Of a stretch of DNA of 64,000 nucleotides, positions 57,950-64,000 are shown one piece after another. This stretch comes from Lepidodermella squamata (taxonomy: Eukaryota; Animalia; Gastrotricha). Position 1 is the first letter of the stretch, and each line of letters opens with the position of its first letter. The stretch is from positions 3,348,001-3,412,000 of the forward strand of contig JBLDXI010000017.1 in the NCBI GenBank assembly GCA_047495785.1. The letters run 5' to 3'. The notes under the pieces are model-generated. The model was not told the DNA's origin, did not search any database, and saw nothing but the letters and a program-made list of their open reading frames with translations. The translations under genes were made by a program, and so were the position numbers.

Positions 57950-59660
57950 ACTGATAAATAATTACTACCTATATGCGGTGAAATTATTTTATTAGTATCT
58001 AATTATTAAAGGATAATTAACTATAAAAGCTTCAGAACCAATAAATACCGCCTAATTACTTGATGTAAAGAGAAAGAAAAAATTGGCCTATATTGGGCAA
58101 TTACTTATATCATCAGGGTAGCCCGAGCGAAATCTCGACGACTGTGCTCGCGGTTTCGAGCTGCAGCGAGATCACAAGCGCAGGCCTTTCGACTCAACGT
58201 GACGTTCAGGTGAACTTCGCCTCGATCAAAATCGATGCTTTGACGGCGAATCGTCACGTCTGAGGCGCAAAATCGAAGCGCGATCGCAATCGCGGATTGA
58301 GTTTCGCAAGTTTGTTGTGCCTGCGCGTGGTTCACGCGCCACAATTACGCGGCGTCAAATTGGCTTCGTTAGCGCTCGCCCGCGCGCGCAGGTCTCGGAG
58401 CGCCGCGCACCACGACGCGTCGAGATGTCGAGCGTAATGAGCGCGCACTCGAACTGCGCGGCGACTCGCTTCGGAACCGCGCCTCCTGTCCGGCTATTGT
58501 TCGGCCACCAACTCGGCAGCCAGCTGTGCACCGGCTCCTTTGGGGCGGCCGGACGGCCGGCTGAGCGTTAACAACAGAGTCACACTCAAATCGCCACCAG
58601 CCTAGATTTGAAGCCAATTTGTGGCATAAATAATGGCTGTTCAAGTTGATAAAACGCCGTTTTAGGAAATCCAATCAAGTGGCATATCAGCTACTACTGC
58701 AACAACTGTTAACATTTTCATCGCGCTAATTCTTATAGACAGGAAAATTCGGGAGGCAACGACTTAACGCGAGAGTAATAGAAAGGGCAGCTTTCAAACC
58801 ATCCTTCAAAGAAAGATACGACCAAATCATCAGCCTGGGCATTTTTACTGCTGGGGAAACTATTTTGGTCAGTTCGATGTATAATTTTTTTTTTATCAAT
58901 CGAGCGATTCAAAAGGATTCATTTTTTGAAGCTGTAGAATCATTAAAAAGGTACCTACCAGCTAATAACTCTACAGGTTTCCGATACTTTTCAATTGCCT
59001 AATTACGTATATTGGCCTGATATTGGCCACAGGTATTAAAAGAAAGAGAATATTAGCTGAATTGAGGAAACTAATTAGCCAACTCGAACTGATTCCAGCG
59101 CTAATTTAAGAAAATTGTCACATGTTGGTTAATATAACCGCACTTGGCAATGTAGGAACCTAAACATTTCCAGCTCATCAAATCTATCAGGAAATTCAAA
59201 ATTTAATTCTCCTATGCAATTCAAGCTCTGGATCCAAGAGCCATCAGAGCTGAGTAGTAAATTACAAAATATTAAATATAATTTGTAAGCTATTTATGAA
59301 AAATATAATATTGGGATCGCGCATTGAATGTTGAGTAATAAATTCTTGATGTGCTGGTAAGAAAATTTAATTCCTCACTCGCTCGCTGAGATAAGGCGAG
59401 CGAGGCGCGTGTGTGCCGCGGACCAATGAGTTCTTCGAAGGAACACAGAGCGGAATAGAACATTGAAGGTGTTTGATATGCTAATCGCTTGGTGCCAAAA
59501 GTCGCACGAGCATCATCGCCGGCCTGTTTTTGCTGGGCTAATTAGCAGAATATCTGCGAATATCTGAATATCCGCGCCCGCCGCCCGCCCGCTCGCCTGC
59601 TCGCTGCCTCGTGCCCGCGATGCAGTATTATTTGATTCGTCAGCGGCGGCGGGCGAGTTG
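57950..59660. promoter_or_regulatory. Putative Vsx upstream regulatory region rich in homeodomain sites
   Basis: Clusters of TAAT/ATTA, CTAATTAGC at 59071 and 59538, CCTAATTAC at 58051 and 58998, interspersed GC-rich blocks, no convincing coding ORF. Confidence 0.45.
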
Positions 59661-60733
59661 GCATTCAGATGGATAACAATAAAGGTGAGCCGTGATCGCC
59701 GTTTATTACACAGGCTATGTATTCAATCGCCCTAAATGTGGTCGCGCGCACATAGTTGGCGCGCCAAACTGATAACGCTGGCGCGCGTAGAGTTTTATAG
59801 ACTCGGCACTCACGACCGAGTGTATTACAAACCGAGTATTTGATACGTCGATTAAATACGCCGACCAAGTGACACCGGCCAAGTCAAGTGTATCGGCACA
59901 CCCCACCATATAAGCGTCGAACTATTTGCCGATGTGGCAACTATTGTGCATACCACGCTCCATGTTTATTTACTTGATAATATAATAATATCCAAATAAT
60001 AGGATTCGCTATATACGTTAATACCTCCATAATAGCTCTTCAGGTATTATTTATTGTATCCGGCGAATGCACTAACCCCGGCGTATTTCTTCCTCTTCCA
60101 TCTTTCTCTATCCATCAAGTTACTTCTCAATTATCGCTCTGCTGCAAAAGTTGATTTGACAAATGTTTTCAGATTATGCTCAATCGATTTCAGGAATTCG
60201 GCAATCTGACTTGGCAAATTATCGGTATTCGGCAGCCTCCTGTTGATAAGCACCATGCCAGCTCTCTCGTCATTATTTTATATCATCATGAGCGGCCAAC
60301 TTGACACTGAGAAATACCCAAGATTGTCGAAGCAAGTTGACATCATTGATGCAGCGTTAAATTGTTGTTGTTGTAGAACCAATTTGAACTGAAAAATGCT
60401 CACTTTTTAGAGGCAAGTGACGATATCCAGCTGTATATATGAATTTCAAGTAAATTCTGTTCCTGTCGCACTGCAATTGAATTTATAATAGAAAAGCTTG
60501 ACTTCAAATTGGGAATTATTGTGTGCCGGTTAATCGGCATAAAATTATAACTGTATGATGGCAACAGAGAAAAATAAGTGGTATTGATTCAAAGATTCGG
60601 CTATTTTGCGTGAAAGCTTTCAATCGAAGCGTTGTCAAGCGCATTTAGTTATTGGAAATATTTTCTGCAGAATGGCTTTGCGAGCCCAAACCAAACTGCA
60701 TGAGACGTACCAGGACGCGGCGCCTCAATTTAA

Positions 60734-62356
60734 CCCTCTAAGGCCGGGAACGTGTATACTCAAACTACGACTTCTCACCTTAAATTCTCATACTTTCCGA
60801 ATTTTGCCGGACTAATGGTTTGGCACAGTTTTAGATAGCCATCTGGGCTCCCCAATTCCGAAAACCACATACTCGCCGCGTCAATTACGTAACACAGGTG
60901 AGTGCGCAAATCACACGGTCGGATGCTTCATGTATATATACTCAATCAGGAATTTAAGCCATTTGACTCGATGGGTGCCAGCAAAATCTACTCAGTTTGG
61001 TTTAAAATGTTAAAACTAGTGCCAATACAGGTTTCTATCGACGTCCCTCTTGAATTGGCCGAAAAATATAGGTTTTTTGCTTGTTTCTTGATAAAAATGG
61101 CACTTTTGATCGAAATTGGCAATTATCAGATTTGAACAGGTGTTAAGCAACAGAGGATTGCGTAATACGGTCAGTTCATTGACATAAGGTCTCAGATGGA
61201 TGAAGAGACCATTCATGAAAAGTTTGGTCGGGTGGCTGCTCGTCATTCTCAAGATACAAGATTTTTTTCATTTGAGTATACTCAAGTTGTATAAACTAAG
61301 TAGCTGCCGGTGTACTAGTACGTCTTAACTCCCCTTAACAATGACTCCCGGAGTTAAATATTACTAGTTTTTTTTAACTCCACAGTTAGTTCTCCCTAGA
61401 ATTATTTAACTCCCGGAGTTAATATATCCTAGTATTATTGAACTCTATGCAGCATTTATTGACTCCCGCAATAAATTATCATTCAATTAAAGAATGATGT
61501 GGGGGCAGTGTGGGGTCGCGATTGTACCCCAGAAAAAACGACGAAAACTTGGTGCTATAGTCCCGCTTCCCGATGAGATCGATCATTCGATCACGTCCAA
61601 AATGGCCTCGCATCGCCTGAGCTTCTAGGGAGCTTCCCTGGGCATCATGAAAAGCCTGCATAATTTCCCCCTGCCACTCGCGAGTCCGCGGCACTTCTAA
61701 CTGTAAAGCACTTCCTTTATTATTGCGGTCGTGCTTTACATAAAACAGGGTCCTATCCCTTACGATGAATCTCGCAGCAGCCCCTAAAGTTTTTTTCTCG
61801 CCTTTATCTACTACGTGCGCTGGGTAGCGCATCGGATCCCCGATCCCCGGGCAAAGAGACGAGAAAGTGAAAGATGTCGTAGTAGTACCCTGATATGTCC
61901 CGAGGCCCCTCCGTGCTGCCGTCGCCGATGTCACGATGCCCGGGAACGATCAGTAAAAGCAGCCACCATAAAAAGATCTTTTTATTAAAAAATAACCAGC
62001 GTGAGTTTTTATTTTAACCGAAATAATTCGACACTGGCTTTACAAATTCGAAAAAATCCCAAGTTGTCAACTATTCCTCATTATTTCAATTATTCCAGTC
62101 GTCATTGTTTAAATCAGTGAAATGATGCGCAATTTTAATTGGAACGCAAATTGATCGAAACTGGAAAAATTTGTGTCTGTCTGTAGGGGAGTTAATGAAA
62201 ACTGGGAGGAGTTATTTTAAACTAGGAATAATTAACTCCGGGAGTTACTTTACCCTAGCATTTTTTAACTGGGGAGTTGATTTTTCCCGGAAATTTTAAC
62301 TGGGGAGTTAATTATTCAGGGGAGTTAAAATAAACTGCTACACCGGCCTTAGAGGG
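60734..62356. mobile_element. piggyBac-like MITE carrying a nested Ginger element
   Basis: TTAA at 60730-60733 and 62357-62360; perfect 14-bp TIR CCCTCTAAGGCCGG; 11-bp subterminal inverted repeat GTATACTCAAA (60754-60764 and 61271-61281) with asymmetric spacers, as in piggyBac. Confidence 0.88.
61311..62342 (-). mobile_element. Internally deleted Ginger1 (Gypsy-integrase-related) DNA transposon
   Basis: TGTA...TACA termini, CCGG TSD (61307-61310 and 62343-62346), ~160-bp imperfect TIRs built of TTAACTCC repeats. ORF 61479-61934 encodes YP...RFIVRDRTLFY...IMQAFHD...GHFGRDRMIDLI, the N-terminal HH part of the integrase zinc finger; CC and DDE core are absent. Confidence 0.88.
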
Positions 62357-62929
62357 TTAAATGCCTGATGTTTGTGTTATTTTTTAATACGGTCCAAAGG
62401 TCATTGCGACTAAAAATAACCTCATTAGCAGCGATCGCTATTTTTCTTCTGCGACCACCAAAAAAACTAATTCATGAAAATCACTTATTTACGCAAAGAT
62501 CAGTTTTTTGCTAGCTACCTTAAAGATCTCGATAGAAAACGGCGGGTTTGTGAAAAGATCAGTTATTTTGTTTTCAGTTTTTATTTTTATTATCGATGGC
62601 AATTTTATTTTTTAATAAAAATGAATACAAAATTTGCCATTGTGTATAATTAATATGCACACTTACTCTATAAACCAGTGCTCCGCAAACTTTTTCGCAA
62701 TACCGGATAACGGGAGCTTCGAAGTCGCCGCGTCCTGGTACGTCTCATGCCAAAATGAAGTTGGGCAAACCACACAACACACAGCTGTCCATTTATGTCG
62801 AATCGAACCCTCGACGCTCGAATGCCATAACCCCTAATAGTAGCTGATCTTTCACCACCTCCATGAATTTCTTCGGCTGCTCGTAATAGCGTCATAGAGA
62901 CATATTTTGAGTTTGAGTACTTCCTCGGC

Positions 62930-62959
<30 letters not shown>
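62930..62959. repeat. (ATTT)n microsatellite
   Basis: Read directly from the sequence. Confidence 0.85.
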
Positions 62960-62961
<2 letters not shown>

Positions 62962-63123
62962 TGAGCATGATATCCTGGAAGCATAGAGAAAGAAAGGTCA
63001 TTTTTTTCTCTATGCCTGGAAGGAAGCTCGATAGTGAAAAAAGAAAGTGCAGCCGCAGTAGAGTAGTCACTTTTAGTTTCAGTGATCAGAATAACATATC
63101 CAAAAGCAGGGCAGTTTCCATAA

Positions 63124-64000
63124 CGCCACAGCAGCCATCACTTCAACGCTCATCGGCGATGTCCACACTAGAAAAAATATGGTCCGAAATCAGGGGGTGC
63201 TCCATCTGAATTCAGGGGTAGGCCCTAAAATCAGGGGGTTGCAAAGTGATGTTTTTTCAGAGCTATGAATTCATACTATACTAATTGAACATCTCCCGAA
63301 TTAGGCGGTATGATATTAGGGGATGAATAATTGAATCAAAAACTTCAGAATTTTTGTAATATTTCATGTGTGCATATGCTAATTAGGCACCGAGTCAGAG
63401 TCGTATTCATGAACGAAGGTCCACTCGCTGAAAAATTGGCATAGATTCACACGCGACAATCACTTAGATTCATGCAAGGAACTTGGTAATAGTGTTGGTT
63501 GGTAGTATCACTGGTTGCCGGGTAGTCCTGGGTGGAGAACCTCTGACCCATGTCCCCGGTTACCTTATAGGGTCTCGGAGCCATCAGTTACCTTGTTGCC
63601 TGGTACAACCAGGTATACTTGAATTTTGAAAAATAAATATCATTTTAAAACTATAAAATATTCGCTGAATATTGACAGATTTTTTTCAAAAATTGCATTA
63701 ATTAATTGCCAAGGTCCGAATTTATGCCTATGAGAATAATTAATTTTGAACCCCTAAATTCGGACCTTACATAGTTAACCCCCCGAATTAGCAGGCCCCA
63801 GGGGTATGAATTCGGATGATAGAATTGCTTGTAAAGATCAATTATGCATCCCCCGAATTCGGACCATTTTTTTTCTTGTGCAGCTCGCCCATGTCGTCCC
63901 TTGCGCAGTTGTCATCACATTTTCGGCAACCTCATCATCAAACGCAACATCAAGTGACGTCACCGTTAAACGGCTATTTTCAACGCGATTGTGAAGGTGC
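63124..64000 (+). pseudogene. Inverted partial duplicate of a Vsx exon, interrupted by a MITE and running off the window
   Basis: 63124-63165 plus 63883-64000 equal the reverse complement of 56314-56473 at 152/160 identity ([53 protein letters not shown]). Confidence 0.85.
63166..63880. mobile_element. CACTA/EnSpm-like MITE (715 bp)
   Basis: 35-bp TIR CACTAGAAAAAATATGGTCCGAAATCAGGGGGTGC versus its inverse (30/35 match), 2-bp CA TSD, subterminal CCCCGAATT/GGTCCGAA repeats. Removing the element exactly restores the Vsx-like sequence. Confidence 0.88.

Noticed and set aside
61311-62342. Repeated TTAACTCC units as a CRISPR-like array
   Set aside because: The units are short, irregularly spaced and inverted on the two sides. 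They are Ginger TIR sub-repeats in eukaryotic DNA with no cas genes.

Overview
This is eukaryotic, not prokaryotic, DNA from a gene-dense animal genome, most likely a compact bilaterian invertebrate; I cannot assign the taxon from sequence alone. Introns are mostly ~45-110 nt GT-AG, so the ORF track splits genes and misses cornichon entirely. Manual exon joining gives 17 protein-coding genes: BTBD9-like, EHD, kinesin light chain, an orphan, Pygopus, PSMD2/Rpn1, ESF1, a Lachesin-like 3-Ig protein, LC3, TFB2M-like, SCFD1/Sly1, MED29-like, RBM25, MRPS12, Ena/VASP, cornichon and ADSS, plus a Vsx/Chx10 homeobox gene (18 in total). Most notable: (1) an inverted, 5'-truncated second copy of a Vsx exon at the right edge, with mostly synonymous divergence, split by a CACTA-like MITE; (2) a deleted Ginger1 transposon inserted exactly into the CCGG of a piggyBac MITE's terminal repeat, so the TSD rebuilds that repeat; (3) an operon-like co-directional cluster TFB2M-SCFD1-MED29-RBM25 with a 97-bp gap and an unpaired splice acceptor, suggesting spliced-leader trans-splicing; (4) proteins missing key motifs: Pygopus PHD with W>L and no NPF, LC3 ending directly at Gly, Ena/VASP without the GAB motif. 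A decayed Ty3/Gypsy element lies at ~31-32.7 kb. No rRNA, tRNA or CRISPR array was recognised. Gene names come from recalled family motifs, not database searches.
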